A stretch of DNA of 64,000 bases, from NCBI GenBank assembly GCA_951406725.2, contig OX597815.1, forward strand, positions 28,396,001 to 28,460,000. The letters run 5' to 3'. The notes under the pieces are model-generated. The model saw only the letters and a program-made list of their open reading frames with translations. It had not been told where the DNA came from and searched no databases. Both the position numbers and the translations under genes were made by a program. Each line of letters begins with the position of its first letter. Within the stretch, counting starts at the first letter, position 1. The DNA comes from Octopus vulgaris. Lineage: Eukaryota. Shown here piece after piece: positions 23,328-37,799 of this stretch.

Positions 23328-26300
23328 TGGTCTAGGGAAGATAATAAAGAAGTTCTTGAGGCCTTCTACCATGCCATATATTTCCCCACAAATAAGTCTA
23401 GCACTGTACAAGCATACTTAAACTGGAAACAGAAACACCCTGAAGTAAGACCCTACATAGACAGTAACAAGCTTGCCAATGTTAGAAGAAACATTATAAA
23501 AAAGAAATTACTGACTGAAGTAGAGATTGATCAGGTTAGACAAGCAATATCGGATAAAATGAACGAAGCTGCAGCTAGAGAAGATAATACAGAGGAAATG
23601 ATTATAGACCAGCCCAGGGCGGATAAAAACGAAGAGAGGATTGAAAGAGTTAGTATAAGTGATAGGCAAAGTGAAATACGCCCTGAACCAATCATAAACA
23701 CTAAGACAGATGAGCATCAAATAGATAAAGAAAGTCACACAAATATTGACCCAACAGAACTACATGAGCTAAAAAATCAAATCATGATTGAATGGCTGAA
23801 AATTAAAGAAACCAGCATGGATGAGCATGATACACTTCCTAAAATCCGCAACTCTAACCAAAACATGAAAATAATTGGTAAAATCCGGCTTGCACTTAAG
23901 GATATAATTTCAGTTAATGATGTTGATATCACAAACCTCAACCACCTATACTATGCATCCGCGAAAATCTCAACGATCCTATGTGGTGTAAAGATTAGAA
24001 AACGGCAACAGTCCCACAAAAAGCCTTCTTGGCAAGAGCGTCTGCAACAACAAATTAAAATATTTAGATCTGACATTGAATATTTGAAAAACCTTAAGGC
24101 TCACAAGACTACCAAACCTACAAAAACCCAAAAATTACTGAAAAAATACAATATGAAAACTATACTTGATATTGATGCCACCATAGAAACCATCAAACAA
24201 AAGGTATCTGCCAAAGCTGCCCGCATAGCGAGGTATGAAAAGCGTGTTAGATTTTTCAAGGACAACAACATGTTCAAAAATAACACCAAGAATTTTTACA
24301 GGAAGATAGGAAAAACAGCGTTTACTGCAGGGTCTGTACCATCAAAAGAAGAAGTGCAGAGATTTTGGAATAAAATCTGGGCAGAAGAAAAACACACAAC
24401 GAAAAGGCCCCCTGGATTGACAGAATATCTACAGAACTGGACCCCTTAGAAGAGCAAAAGTGGGAGGGTGTCAAGGTAGAAGATATAAGATCTGCTCTCA
24501 GGAGGTCAAGCAAATGGAAGTCTCCAGGAAAGGATAAAATTCCTAACTTCTGGCTGAATGCCTTCCCAGAGAGCCATGAACTGCTAACAGAACTGTACAA
24601 TGATGTTTTGCAACACCCTAGTAGGATGCCTCCTTGGCTAGTTAATGGGTTAACATTCCTGCTTCCAAAAAGTGAAGAAACAAATGAACCAAAAAACTAT
24701 AGACCCATAACCTGCTTAACAACTATGTACAAAACACTAACATCTGTCCTGACGGAATATACCTATAGTTTTTTAACAGACAGCAGCATATTCCCTAATG
24801 AACAGAAAGGATGTAAACGTGGATCCTACGGCTGTAAAGACCAACTACTCATCAATAAGATGATCTTAGAAGATTGTCACAAACGACACAAAAACTTATC
24901 AATAGCCTGGATAGACTATAAAAAGGCTTTTGATAGCCTACCACATAGCTGGATTAGGAAATGCCTTGAAATGTATAAGATAGCACCAACTCTGCGAAAC
25001 TTCTTGACTGTAAGTATGAGATCATGGAGAACCACACTAACTCTGAACAGTGACAGTGAATCCCTAAATGCTGGTGATGTAAAAATTTTGTGTGGCATTT
25101 TCCAGGGTGACTCACTGTCACCACTCCTCTTTTGTTTATCCTTAATACCTCTCTCAAAGCTGCTCAATGACGCGCAGTACGGGTATAAAATGTTTGATAA
25201 AAATATAAATCATCTCGTTTACATGGATGATTTAAAGCTTTTGCAAAAAATGATCAACAACTCAAGGGCTTACTAGCGATAGTCAAACAATTCAGTGACG
25301 ACATCAGAATGCAATTCGGCCTCGATAAATGTGCAAAGGCTACCTTTATCAAAGGAAAAATGACAGAAACATCTAACGTTAACCTTGACCAACAGAATGT
25401 CATAAAAGAACTAGACCCAGCGGAGAGCTACAAGTACCTAGGGGTAATTGAAGGGAACGGAATAAGGCATTCAGAGATGAAGGAAAGGATCAGGAGAGAA
25501 TGCTATCGAAGAGTGAGAGCAATACTCAAGACAGAGCTGAATGCAAGAAACAGGATCGAAGCAATCAATGCATTGGCTATACCAGTCGTGACTTACAGTT
25601 TCAATATTGTTAACTGGTCAATTACTGAAATATGTCATCTCGACAGAAAAATAAGGAAACTGTTGACAATGCATAGAATGCACCACCCTAAGGCAGATAC
25701 AGAACGACTCTATCTGCCAAGAAAAGAGGGAGGCCGTGGTCTTTTGCAACTGGCAATAACAATGAAGATTGCTACAATTGGCCTAGACACCTACCTGAAA
25801 AACTCTGAGGACTGGATGCTAAAACTTGTCTCAAAACATGAAAACAAGAAAGCATCATACTCAGTCACAAAACAGGCAAAGGAATATCTAAGTGAATTCC
25901 GAATACAACCAATTTCGGAATTAGAGATAGATATACAAGAAACAAGCACAGAAAAAGCTAGGCGCATGAAAACCCGTGCCAAAACTGCGGCCTTAGATAT
26001 TCTGAATAATAAATGGCAAGAAAAACCTCTCTATGGCAAATACCCAAAGAGAGCGAATAATGCAGATATCGACAAAGCCCTGACCCATCAATGGCTAATG
26101 GCCTCTGGCTTAAAATCTGAAACAGAGGGGTTTATCATAGCAGCTCAAGATCAATGCCTACCAACAAGAAACTACCAGGCCAACATATTAAAGATCAGAA
26201 GCAGTCCAACGTGTCGTGTATGCCAGCAACAAAATGAAACCATTGACCATGTGGTCTCCAAGTGCAGTCTTCTAGCGCCTACAGAGTATCTCAACAGGCA

Positions 26301-26778
26301 CGATAGAGCTGCACAATATATTCACTGGGTAATCTGTAAAAACCTGGATTTGCCCCATGAAAAAAACTGGTGGGAACACAAACCACCCCCAGTGCTTGAA
26401 AATGACCACATCTCACTTCTCTGGAACTTCACCATTCAAACTGACAGGAAGATAGATGCAAATAGGCCAGACATCATATTGAAAGACTTCAAACAAAGAA
26501 CATGCCTCCTCATTGATATGACTGTCCCAATCGATATAAACGTATCTGTCAAGACCTACCAAAAACTGAGCAAATATAAAGATCTTGAAATAGAAATCAG
26601 CAAAATGTGGAAGCTGAAGACTAAAACAATACCTGTTGTCATAGGTGCCCTGGGAATGATAGCAAAAGGGGCTGATAGCTACCTAACTCAGATACCAGGA
26701 AACCCAAAAATGGCAGAAGTTCAAAAGATAGTGCTCATGGGAACTGCTCATATCCTACGCAAAATACTCTCTATGTAA
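23328..26778 (+). pseudogene. RT-RLE polyprotein with two apparent frameshifts (~24390, ~25240)
   Basis: WSREDNKEVLEAFY (Myb-like), KSPGKD, YRPITCL, DYKKAFDS, GIFQGDSLSP, YMDDLKL, GGRGL, CRVC..ETIDHVVSKC, RHD, RPDII..IDM..KLSKYKDL. Confidence 0.92.
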
Positions 26779-26993
26779 TCTCAAGGTTTAAAACAAACAT
26801 AATTTTCGGTTTTAAAAAAAAAAAAAAACCTTTTTATTTTTTAGACATTCATTAGTACAACATCCCCACCCCCCAAATATATGGCACACTAGGCATAACA
26901 ACAACATGAACTTCCAACCCTGTTGTCTCTTGAGGTCTCTGGGTGAGACTTGGAGCCAACTTGTACAAATATAAAGCAAAAGTCAAACATAGA
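23328..26993 (+). mobile_element. R4/Dong-type non-LTR retrotransposon (RLE) in (TAA)n
   Basis: (TAA)n on both sides; RT, CCHC and PD-(D/E)xK endonuclease motifs. Confidence 0.92.
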
Positions 26994-27037
26994 ATAATAA
27001 TAATAATAATAATAATGATAATAATAATAATAATAAT

Positions 27038-27240
27038 CATTTAACATCTATTTTCCATGCTAGCATGGGTTGGATAGTTTAACTGGAGCTGGTAAGGCCA
27101 GGGGCTGCACCAGGCTCCATTGTCTGTTCTGGCATGGTTTCTATGGTCGGATGGCCTTCCTAATGCCAACCACTCCATAGAGTGTACTGGGTGCTTTTAA
27201 TGTGGCACTAGCATGAGTACTTTTTTTGTGGCACCAGCAC
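27038..27240 (-). mobile_element. RTE 3'-tail copy
   Basis: ccatgctagcatgggttgga..cctaatgccaaccactcc. Confidence 0.75.
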
Positions 27241-28210
27241 TGGTATCAATTCTGCTGTGGTGGACAGGACTTCTTGAGTGTAGTGGATGGTATGTATGTA
27301 TGTATGTATGTATGTATGTATGTATGTATGTATGTATGTATGTATGTATGTATGTATGTATGTATGTATGTATGTATGTATGTATGTATGTATGTATGTA
27401 TGTATGTATGTATATATGTACGTATGTATATATTATAATTATGTAGTAGGGATCAAAAAAATCTTGGCAATTACCTTTTAGCACTCCTACATATATCAGA
27501 CTAACAGGGTGCTCTGAAAGAATACATAAATATTCCTTATCATTCAAATGGTCAATATAGCAGCTCATGCAAAGTTAAATGGTTGAATAATGGTAACAGG
27601 AATGCTGTAAATTCATTTATGCATCAATGAGATAATTGCTACTTATTATGTGTGTCATGTAGGAAAGCAATAAGAATGGACAGCTCAGATCCTCATTACA
27701 CATGTCTTGATAGTGCGGTTATCTATTCAACAACATATATGATAATTACACAATATTACATAAATTCCCATTATTGCATAACCAGGCCATTTCATCAAGT
27801 GATATCTGCTCTGCTCTTGCTGAAATCAAATCAAGCTATGAAGGTAAAAATACTTTTGAATATTGAAGATAAGATTAAATATAGAAAACATGAGGATTAC
27901 AGACTTAAGAGATATTTGGGCTGACAATCAATCAAAACATCATATCTGCGAAGTCAGTAAAATTGAGATAGCTAAATAACTACAACACTTTCCATATGAG
28001 TGTACTCTCCATTCAAAACTTTAGAAGGAGCTATTTCTAGTAATGTATAAATCAACTATTAGTACCATAGTCCTATATATAGATTGGTTTCAACAACTAG
28101 TGATCAAGAAAATGTTGCCAACATACTGATAAAGTTGTAATATTATTCAGAATATACTGGAAGCCTTAATACAGTATAAGCAACCAAGTACATAGACAAT
28201 GCAAGGTATA

Positions 28211-28443
28211 AGGCGGCGGGCTGGCAGAAACGTTAGCATGCCGGGCAAAATGCTTAGCAGTATTTCGTCTGCCGTTACATTCTGAGTTCAAATTCTGCCA
28301 AGGTCGACTTTGCCTTTCATCCTTTCGGGGTCGATAAATTAAGTACCAGTTATGCACTGGTGTTGATATAATCGACTTAATCCGTCTGTCTGTCCTTGTT
28401 TGTCTCTTCTGTGTTTAGCCCCTTGTGGGTAGTAAAGAAATAG
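28211..28443 (+). mobile_element. SINE family B
   Basis: Full copy with tRNA-like head. Confidence 0.85.
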
Positions 28444-28459
28444 GTAGGAGCTTTGTATA

Positions 28460-29505
28460 AAATGTCTATGACCCTGCACCCAATCAAGCCTTCCATAGAA
28501 CTCATTATCATAACACCCATCCCTTCTTCACTCTTACAACTATGGCACTATTTCCTCAGATGCTCTAATTATATCAGACCAGAATAGTACATATTCCATC
28601 CTACCCTTTGTGTTACCAGTTATCCCTCTCCTTGGAATCATTTCCCTTATCACCATTCTGCACCCTCAACGTAATCTTTTATCCCTATATTTTTTGAATG
28701 CTCCTTTCCCCTGAACATCCTTTCTTTTCAGCTATCAATGGTCCTTCCCCACCTTTTTTGTCACTATATCCACCTCTAATTTCCATCTCTGTCACTGCAT
28801 CTTCTCTCTCCCCATCACACTTCATATCATCTTATTTCTCATCTATCTATGGTTTTACCAAACTTTTCTCTCCACAATCCGTCCCTTTATATATTGCTAC
28901 CTATCATCTCATTCCTTGATCCTTTTTTATTTTCTGTCACCTTCCTCTAAACTGGGATTCACCATTGACTATGTCTCAACCCATTATCACGGTTCACTGA
29001 ATTTACTTCTATCCTCATTTCTAACAGTGTGTCACTTGCCTTTTGCACTCTTGTGAACCTACCCATCCATCCATCCTCTACTCTTTGTCCCTATTCTCTC
29101 TTTATCCACCTTCTTGTACTTTGACATCTCATCTTCACCATCTTTCCTTCCTTTCCAGCTGTGGTGGCCATGTATTCCCTATACAAGCTAGACAACTGTT
29201 CCTTTATCATTATCCCTGTTCCTTTATCATTCTTCAGTTTCTCCACAACTAGCACAATACTCTCTCCCTCAATATTGCACCCCAACTCAGCCAAGGGGTC
29301 TTGTTTTGCAAGTTATTTGTTGACCTCTCTAGTGATGGTGCCATGAAAACTTTACCCAGTACATTCTGTAAAATGGATGATGTTGGGAATGGCATCCAGC
29401 TGTAGAAGCCATGCTGAAACAGACACTGGAATTCAATGCAGTCTTCTGGCTCGTCCAACCCATGCCAGCATGGAATATGGACATTAGATGATAATGATGA
29501 TGATG
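28460..29505 (+). mobile_element. Old RTE subfamily: long CT-rich 3'-UTR plus tail
   Basis: Diverged inverted homology to 31790-32450; ends tccaacccatgccagcatgg..(GAT)n. Confidence 0.6.
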
Positions 29506-29674
29506 ATCTCACTCTTACTCTTCCCTTGCTTTTCATACATCTTCTTGCTCTTGATATCACAATATTTCTTCCTATAACTCTTTCTATCTCATCATCATGT
29601 ATGTATCTCATCATACTCTTGTACAAATGTTTTCTCACCCATTGTACACACACACACAACATACCTTTTATTTT

Positions 29675-30137
29675 TTATCTTTTACTTGTTTCAGTCATTG
29701 AACTGCAGCCATGATGGGGCACCATCTCGAGGGGTTTAATCAAATAATTTGACCCCAGTACTTATTTTGTAAATCTAGTACTCATTCAATTAGTCTTCGT
29801 TGCCAAACCGCTAAGCTATGGAGATGTAAACAAATCAATACTGATTGTCACACAATGAGGGAAACAAACACACATACACTCACATACACACTCATATATA
29901 CACACATATACACACATACATACATTCTCACATACACATGGATATATACACACATATACACATTCATACACACACATATATGACAGATTTCCATACAGTT
30001 TTTAATCATCCAAATTCATTCACAAGGCATTGATCAGCCCAAGGCTATAAAACAAAACGCTTGCCCAAAGTGCCACACAGTGGAACTGAACCTGAAACCA
30101 TATGGTTGGGAAGCGAGCTTCTTAAACACATAGCCAT
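29675..30137 (-). mobile_element. SINE family A (diverged)
   Basis: Same tail/body/head order. Confidence 0.75.
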
Positions 30138-30154
30138 ATCTGAATTTATATACA

Positions 30155-30190
<36 letters not shown>

Positions 30191-30228
30191 ATGTGCATGC
30201 ATGCATGTATGTATGTATTTATGCATGC

Positions 30229-30261
<33 letters not shown>

Positions 30262-30649
30262 TGTATGTATGTATGTATGTATGCATGCATGTATGCATGC
30301 ATGTATGTATGTATGTATAAATATTTACTGACATATATACCCACAGGTTTTCTTAAATAGACTTGTGATGATTTTCTCAGCAGATAAGATCTAGTGTAAC
30401 AGAGGTAGCATTTTGTTTTTTTTATCTCTCATCTGTTTTATGTTATTAAATCTGCAGCTAAATACTGCCCCGTGGAGACCTTAATATCAACAACCATCAT
30501 CATATATTCATAAGTGTGTATATGTGTATATAGACATAAGGCTGAGGAAACCTTTAATGCATTGAAGGCATCTATGTTTGCGTTAATAAATAACTTTGGT
30601 AGAGTACATTCCGCTTCAAGTTTTCCCTACAGGTTGTGTTGAATTATTA

Positions 30650-30862
30650 AGGTGGTGAACTGGCAGAAGCATTAGCATGTCAGGCGAAATGCTTAGTATT
30701 CTGTCTGCCATTATGTTCTGAGTTCAAATTCCGCCGAGGTCGACTTTGCCTTTCATCCTTTCGGGGTCGATTAAATAAGTGCCAGTTATGCACTGGGGTC
30801 AATATGATTGACTTAATCCGTTTATCTGTCCTTGTTTGTCCTCTCTGTGTTTAGCCCCTTTG
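30650..30862 (+). mobile_element. SINE family B
   Basis: Similar to 28211-28443. Confidence 0.85.
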
Positions 30863-30869
30863 GCCTTAG

Positions 30870-31720
30870 AGTTATCTTTCCAATGGATCTCATTATAGTG
30901 TCATGACTACAACATCATATCCCATTGGTAGATAATAATGTGATGACATTGTTGGACAACTTTTTATGATGTTGGTAATATCTTCAGAGTTAACTCAAAC
31001 AAAGTTTACATTGGTTATCCCATTTTCTTGTTCTTCCTCTGTCTTTATATCTTTTGTGCATCAGGTTGCTATCTCCTGTTGCTATCTCCTGTTCTCATAC
31101 CTTCAAAGTGTGTGTTCGTTGTCCAGTTCTTAGTCTATGGTAGACTGCTTTGATTATCAATGTTGCTGTCATCCTGGAGCTTTCTATTAACATATCCATG
31201 AATGGTCTTCTGCTGATATACCCTAATCCTTTCATCTGATGATACATTGTGGTAGAGTTGTGCAACTTTGGGCATGTATTGAAGGTTATTGGACAAGGAG
31301 TGTTGCTCAGTATTATTTGCTTTGTGTATGCAAACTTGGTCAAGGGCTGCATTTCGACACTTGGTTGTTAAAACATGTTGCTGAAGGGTTATGATATGAC
31401 ATTCGAAAGCATTCTGGATCAATGTTAAACCTCTGCCTCTTTATTTTCATTTTAGGTAAAGGCAGTCTATGTTGCTGTTAGGGTGAAAATTATTTGTGCT
31501 GGTCAGTATCTTCTGGATTTTCACATCAATGACTCAGATCGCATCAAGCATCCAACCAAGTAGCCTAAATGTTGGTATGAGTACTGGTACAACAAACACA
31601 TTGCAGGCCACTGTTTTATTGAATGTAAAGTGTTACTAGGTCCATATTTTCGTTATCCAGTTGCAATATTCATTAGTGACATGTGCTTTGTTATAGGTAT
31701 AGGAACAGATGTCTTGCTGT
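30870..31720 (-). pseudogene. Degraded R4/Dong-like RT thumb region
   Basis: FNKTVACNVFVVPVLIPTF..GW parallels NRIEAINALAIPVVTYSF of the 23328 element; KTIHG. Confidence 0.55.
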
Positions 31721-31789
31721 AAGGGAAGATTCATTACTATCCCATTTGAAAAGAGAGAAAGAATGATGAAGATGAATTGTCAGGTATAC

Positions 31790-33565
31790 TTTCACAGTAT
31801 ACCTTCAAGTTACAAGAAGGTGGGTATAAAGGAGGATAGTGACAGAGGATTGAAGATGAGCGGATGGGTAAGTTCACAAGAGTGTAAAAGGAGAGTAACT
31901 GATGGTCAGAGATGGCAATAGAGGGGGAATACAGTGAATGGTGAACATGGATGGGTTTGGTGGTGGGAGGATAAAAGAAAAGAGAAGTAGATCAAGGAGG
32001 AGAGATAAATGTGTGGAAAACTGGGGTAGTGGAGAGCAACAGAAGATGGATAAGAAGTAAAGAAATGATGTGAAGTGTGAGAGGTGAGAGAGGGATGCAC
32101 AGTCATAAAGAAGAGGACCCAGGGTTGCTATAATGAGTAACAAACAAAGTTGGGGGTACCAATGATATGAGAGGATGGTCAGAAGAAGGGAAATTCAGTG
32201 GTAAGCAAATTGGTATGGGATGATATTGAGAATGCTGGATGAGTGACAAGGGAAGTGGTTCCAAGGAGAGGGATAATTGGTCACACAAAAGGGAGACTAA
32301 ATACGTAGTTCTGCTTTCATATAATTTGAGCAGTTGTGGGAAAGTGCTGTAGTTAGAAGAGTGATGGAGGGATGAGTGTCAGGAAAATGAGTTGAAGGAA
32401 GGCTTGACAGGAGAAGACTTGGGTGGAGAGGCATAGGCATAAACAACATGCTTTTAGGACCTAATTTTTTCTGAGATGTATGGTTCTTCTCAAACACAGA
32501 GAATTGCCAATCATGTCACACCTTCATCATCTCTGTGAAACTTGACAATTTAAGGTTTGTCTTCACTACTTTGTCCCACACCTTCATGAGTCTCTTTGTT
32601 CCATAAGTTCAATCCATACATACCAATCTCAATTCCTTATGTGGCCATCTCCACATATATGCATCACATGACCATACCAATACAGTTTCTCTTTTATATC
32701 ACAACATTTGAAGCTGTTTTACCTAATTTTTCTCTCAGCACATTTACACATTATTGTACTTGCACTCTAACATTGCATATCCAGCAAAGCATATAAGCTT
32801 ATATCTTTAGTCTTTGTGTATCCTCTGCATTCCTGGTCACTTCTCACTACCTTGCATCATTGCTGTTTGTACAGAGATATCACACAATCTACCTTTCATT
32901 CTGAGAAAGGGGCCTCGTGTTACCAACAGAGGTATTAGTTCTCTGAACTTTCTCCAGCCAATTCAGAATATCGTTCACTACTACTAATTCTGTGACCTAG
33001 GTAACAAAAATTGCTTACCACTTCTAAGGAAACCACTGGGCATTTGAAAAAATCTATCCCATGTTTTCTTTGTGCTTTATTGCTCCTGTGCATCTGCCAC
33101 AAACAAGGCCTACTTTCTCTGTTAGTCTTCCTGTGATTCCACTGCACTTCTTATATTTCCATTCTTTGTACTGCATATATCCACATGGAATTTTTATCTA
33201 CACCTTTTCTATATAACAGAGCCATTTTTCTGAAGGACTTAGCACACTATCTGTTTTCCTGCTTAATACAACGTTTGTCTTTGCTAAATTTAAGGCCCTT
33301 TGATTCCAGATTTTGCTTCCACATTTGGGATTTCTTTTCTAACTCTACTACAAATTCAGTTATATGTACAAGGTCGTCAACATAGAGGAGTTCCTATGAC
33401 CAGTCAGGGTCAGTCATTAACTCCTCTGTTATGGCATGGAAGTCTATGATAAATAAGAAGAGACAGAGAGCTGAGCTCTGATAAACTCTACTTTGCACAC
33501 TAGATTTATTGCTGTACTCATTACTAACTCTTACCTTATGGAAAGCACCCCTATACATGGCACAG
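31790..33565 (-). mobile_element. Degraded RTE LINE with long 3'-UTR
   Basis: LLYVDDLV at about 33370-33390, NFCYLG, WRKFRELIPLLVTRG parallel to 15620-16150. Confidence 0.75.
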
Positions 33566-34933
33566 ACAGATCATATATGTATATATATATATATACTTAC
33601 CACATTCATACACCCCCACCCACATATATATGTGTGAATGTATGTAAACACCTACAGGTACATACATATATTGCTAAACAAGCAGATAGAGAGACAGATG
33701 TGTATGTTGATAAATAGATAACACTTGTGGTTGTAATTATATATAAATATATTTAAAACCTACATCTCATTGACTCATACACAGACTTTCTGATGCACCT
33801 CCCCCTCATTTCTTCCCACTTTCTCTTTCTCTCTCACACATGCACACAGACACACACATACACACACACGCGCACATATACACATACAAATTTGAATTTG
33901 CTTGTTAATACATTCATACATACAATATACATGCATACACACATACACATGCATGAATAAACTTATATAGATACTTGCACATGTGCATACTTTCAGCATG
34001 CATTTTTTCTCATGTTTGTTTTCGGTGAGTTTTTTTATGAAGTGAAACTAACTTTGAAATCTGTGTCACAATGTCATTCCGAAGTTTTTTAACAAACAGT
34101 CAGATAGACTGTTGTTTATTTACCTTACTGAAGACATACCTGGATTTAGATAACAATCAGAATAGAGTTTTCCTTTTTTTTTTCCTTCTATTCTTAGAAA
34201 GAAATTCTTTGGGGTAAATCATCTTCAAGATAAAATAAATGAGTAAATATTTGGATAATTGAAGAAAAACATAGATGCTTCTTCGTTCATGTTCTTCAGT
34301 TCTTGGTTTGTTTTAGTCAAGATGGTGAAGGCCATGTTGGAGAACTTCTTTGAGAGGGAAAAAATAACATCTTGTAACATTATTTTTTGCTGAGAAACTA
34401 TTGAAGTGGTAATATAGAAAAGATGTAAAAATAATTATAATTTTAACTATTGCCATCATAATTTCTTAATTAAGATTTTTGGATTCCTAGAATTATTGTT
34501 ATTGTTTAAGTAAGCTCTGATTAAGGTGAACTTATAATCTAATGTATTCTAGTTATGGTCAGCCATTTTTCTAGGATTATCTAATACTTTATCCAATATT
34601 TCTTTTCTTATTTAAGATAGTAGGATGTAATAGGAGGTAGATTTGGTTGCTATGTTGAGAAGGTAAATTATGCAGCAGCTCTCTCATTAGCTTTTTATTT
34701 TATTTTTTATTTTATCTAGTTTCAGCTCACGAGCTGTGGCCATGATGGGGCACTATTGATTCAAAGTAAGAGGCAAGTATTTTGGAGATTGTTACATTTA
34801 AATCTGCCCCATTGACATTATACTTGGTGAAGTAATTCTTGCTTGAAAGAGAAAACATGTTACCAGAGATTCTATTGAAGGATAACTCTCCTGTAGTACC
34901 ACTTACCTGCAACAATTCTTTATACTGATACGA

Positions 34934-34984
<51 letters not shown>

Positions 34985-35559
34985 CATTATTATTATTATT
35001 ATCATCATCTTCAAGCCTGTCTTGTTTATTTAGTTTCTGTCAAAATGTTAATGGTGCCAACGGTGAGTTACTAAAGAGTAGTTTGTTGAAGAAAGAGGTC
35101 TGCTTCCTCCTCTTCAGATGACAATGGGAAAGATTACTTTCAGGACAGTTGAAATGCTTAGGCACGTTTTCAAACCAAACAAAATATCAGTTACTCGTTT
35201 ATGTTATCCTTGAACAACTCTCCAGCTTGCTTTGTCAATCTGTAAGTAGGTACCATGGCATGAGTACAGCTTACTGTTGTAAACAGCCAGAGCTGCTCAA
35301 TGAGAGCAGGCTTAAAGTGCTTGACATTTTTTTCCAAAGTTCCATAGAGGGGGGAAAGAATTATAAGTTCAAAATGAACTCCAAAGTTCAAAAGTATGTG
35401 TGCTGTTCTTACTTCTTTGCAGAAGTGACATGTTTCTCCAAGTATTTTCACAATAGACCTAACTAATTTGTCATAGAAATTTGTTAAACAGGAATCAACA
35501 GGTAAGTATTGTGAATAATATCTTAGATCTACAATTGGTTTTCTCCTTTTTTATATTGA

Positions 35560-35932
35560 ATTAAAATCAAAATCAAAATCAAAATCGATCAACATCAATG
35601 GAAATTGTAGCTGTGATACCAGCACTGGCCGCATGTAAGAGAACCATCCAAATGTGGCCGTTGCCAGCACTGCCCCAACTGGCCTCCCTGCTGGTGGCAC
35701 ATAAAAAGCACCATCCGATCGTGGCCGCTTGCCAGCCTCGTCTGGCACGTAAAAAGCACCCACTACACTCACGGAGTGGTTGGCGTTAGGAAGGACATCC
35801 AGCCGTAGAAACATTGCCAGATCAGACTGGGCCTGGTGCAGCCTTCTAGCTTCCCAGACCCCAGTTGAACCATCCAACCCATGCTAGCATGGAAGGCGGA
35901 CGCTAAATGATGATGATGATGATGATGATGAT
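35560..35932 (+). mobile_element. RTE 3'-UTR copy
   Basis: Similar to 16730-17072. Confidence 0.85.
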
Positions 35933-37096
35933 GAATATCAATTAAGCTGAAATGCTTAGCAGTATTTCGCCTGTTGCTATTTTCTGAGTTGCTTAAATTT
36001 GCTTAAATTTGTTGGCCTCTTGTCAAACAGGTATGAACTTATACATGGTCATATATTACAGAGACATCATCATCATCATCATCATCATCATCACCCCTAT
36101 TGGCACAATCATTACCACCATTGCCATCATTGGAGTACGACCATGTTAGAATCCCTCCATCAAGGGTATAGTTGAATGCATCAAGCTTTAGATTTAGATA
36201 CTTTTTTGCATTTTTGTTCTCTAAATACTGAATTGAATCAAACACTCTCTGATTGACCAGCAAGCACGGTATATTAACTTTACTTTGATTCATCATTTAA
36301 TTCCAATTAGAACCACCTGTAAATCCACTTCTTTCACTGTCATCTTTGAGGAAGTTATTCTGTTGGTCTCTTCTGTCACATATTTGCCATCATTATTGTC
36401 TATGCATATACATTTTACTGTACACTCATTGACAATAATAATGACAAATATATGATATTGTCTATCATTGTTATTTGTTTTTATTTTACCATAGTTATTA
36501 CTCAATAGTGAAGCCATGTCTTAACTTATAGTGGTCTTATTAACAAGTGGATTATCCACATTTTTTGTTTTGCTCTATGGTTGTAAACAAATATAAATAC
36601 AGACCATTTTCTTTTTCTACCAGCTAAACTTTTTCTATTTTACAATTTTATCTTTCTAACTTATACTCCTTCTCCCATCTATTGTTTCTTATATTTTACT
36701 TTAATGTATTATCATAAGCTAACAAGGCAATGACGATGTATTACCCTTCCAAATTTCCGAGCATGACCTCAAGTAAAAAGGCTGGAGTCAAGAAAGGAAG
36801 AGCTCTATTCTTCCTAAATCCAGATATATTGATAATCTTTGTAACATCTTCAAATAGAACTGCTTTTGTGTATGACAATTCAATAGAAGTTAGAATCAAA
36901 TAATTCAGTTGAACTTATCCCATAAGCTATTTAAACAATTATGGTGGTCAATTTCTCCAGCAGAGACACATTTAATATTTATTAATTCAAATTTGACCAG
37001 TGAATTCCAGCCATGTTGTGTTCTTCTAAAACCAAAGAGTTATTTACACAACACTATGGAACAAGATTATTTAGATTATTTGGTTTTTAACATGTA

Positions 37097-37440
37097 CTAG
37101 CAGTATTGCCTGGCATTGCTCGGGTTTGTTTCGACCCTTTAGAATTGGAATTTTTGAAAAGTAAAATTTTGTATTAAGTAGCTTGTTATTCTCTTTAAGT
37201 GAACATACACCGAAAAATGGCGACACGGCAGTCAAAAAATCGTAAAAAGTAGGGATTTTCATAGAAAAAAAGCACTTTTTTGATGTAAATAATTTTTGGT
37301 GTTAACATGGTCTGATTTGAATTTTTCCTTCTACGGAAGGAAGAGCAAACCTTCTTCTATCATCAGGTCTTGGAGGAGATAGTGTTAGTTGAAGGCTACA
37401 CAGACATACACAGACAACTTCAGCTTTATATAGAGAGAGA
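37097..37440 (-). mobile_element. Non-autonomous Helitron (internally deleted relative to the 22254 copy)
   Basis: Same termini and hairpin. Confidence 0.75.
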
Positions 37441-37799
37441 TTTAATATACAAATACAAAACCAAGATAATGCAAGGTTATCAACATGCTTGCCATTTGGA
37501 AGAATACATCCTATTTCAGATCCTGTTTTCCCTTCATCCTTAATGTGATAATGATGTGTAAGTATAAAAAAAAGCATAATGAAATACTGTAATTTTACAC
37601 TCAGAGATTTTTGCAATATTGTTGTTGTTGTACTAGTTTTATAGTTTTAACTTGATTACATTATTAATTATTGCTCAACTTGTTCAATGAGCTTTCAGGT
37701 GATTTTGAGAGCTTTCTAGGCATACAAAATTAGGTTCTGCTTCAATCCTGCACCCAACCATTGAAAAACTTTTCTTGTTAACCTGTGTATTCCAATTAT

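Noticed and set aside
35143-35508. Possible plus-strand exon (tttcag acceptor, GTAAGT donors)
   Set aside because: No recognisable protein; the minus-strand frame is more coding-like
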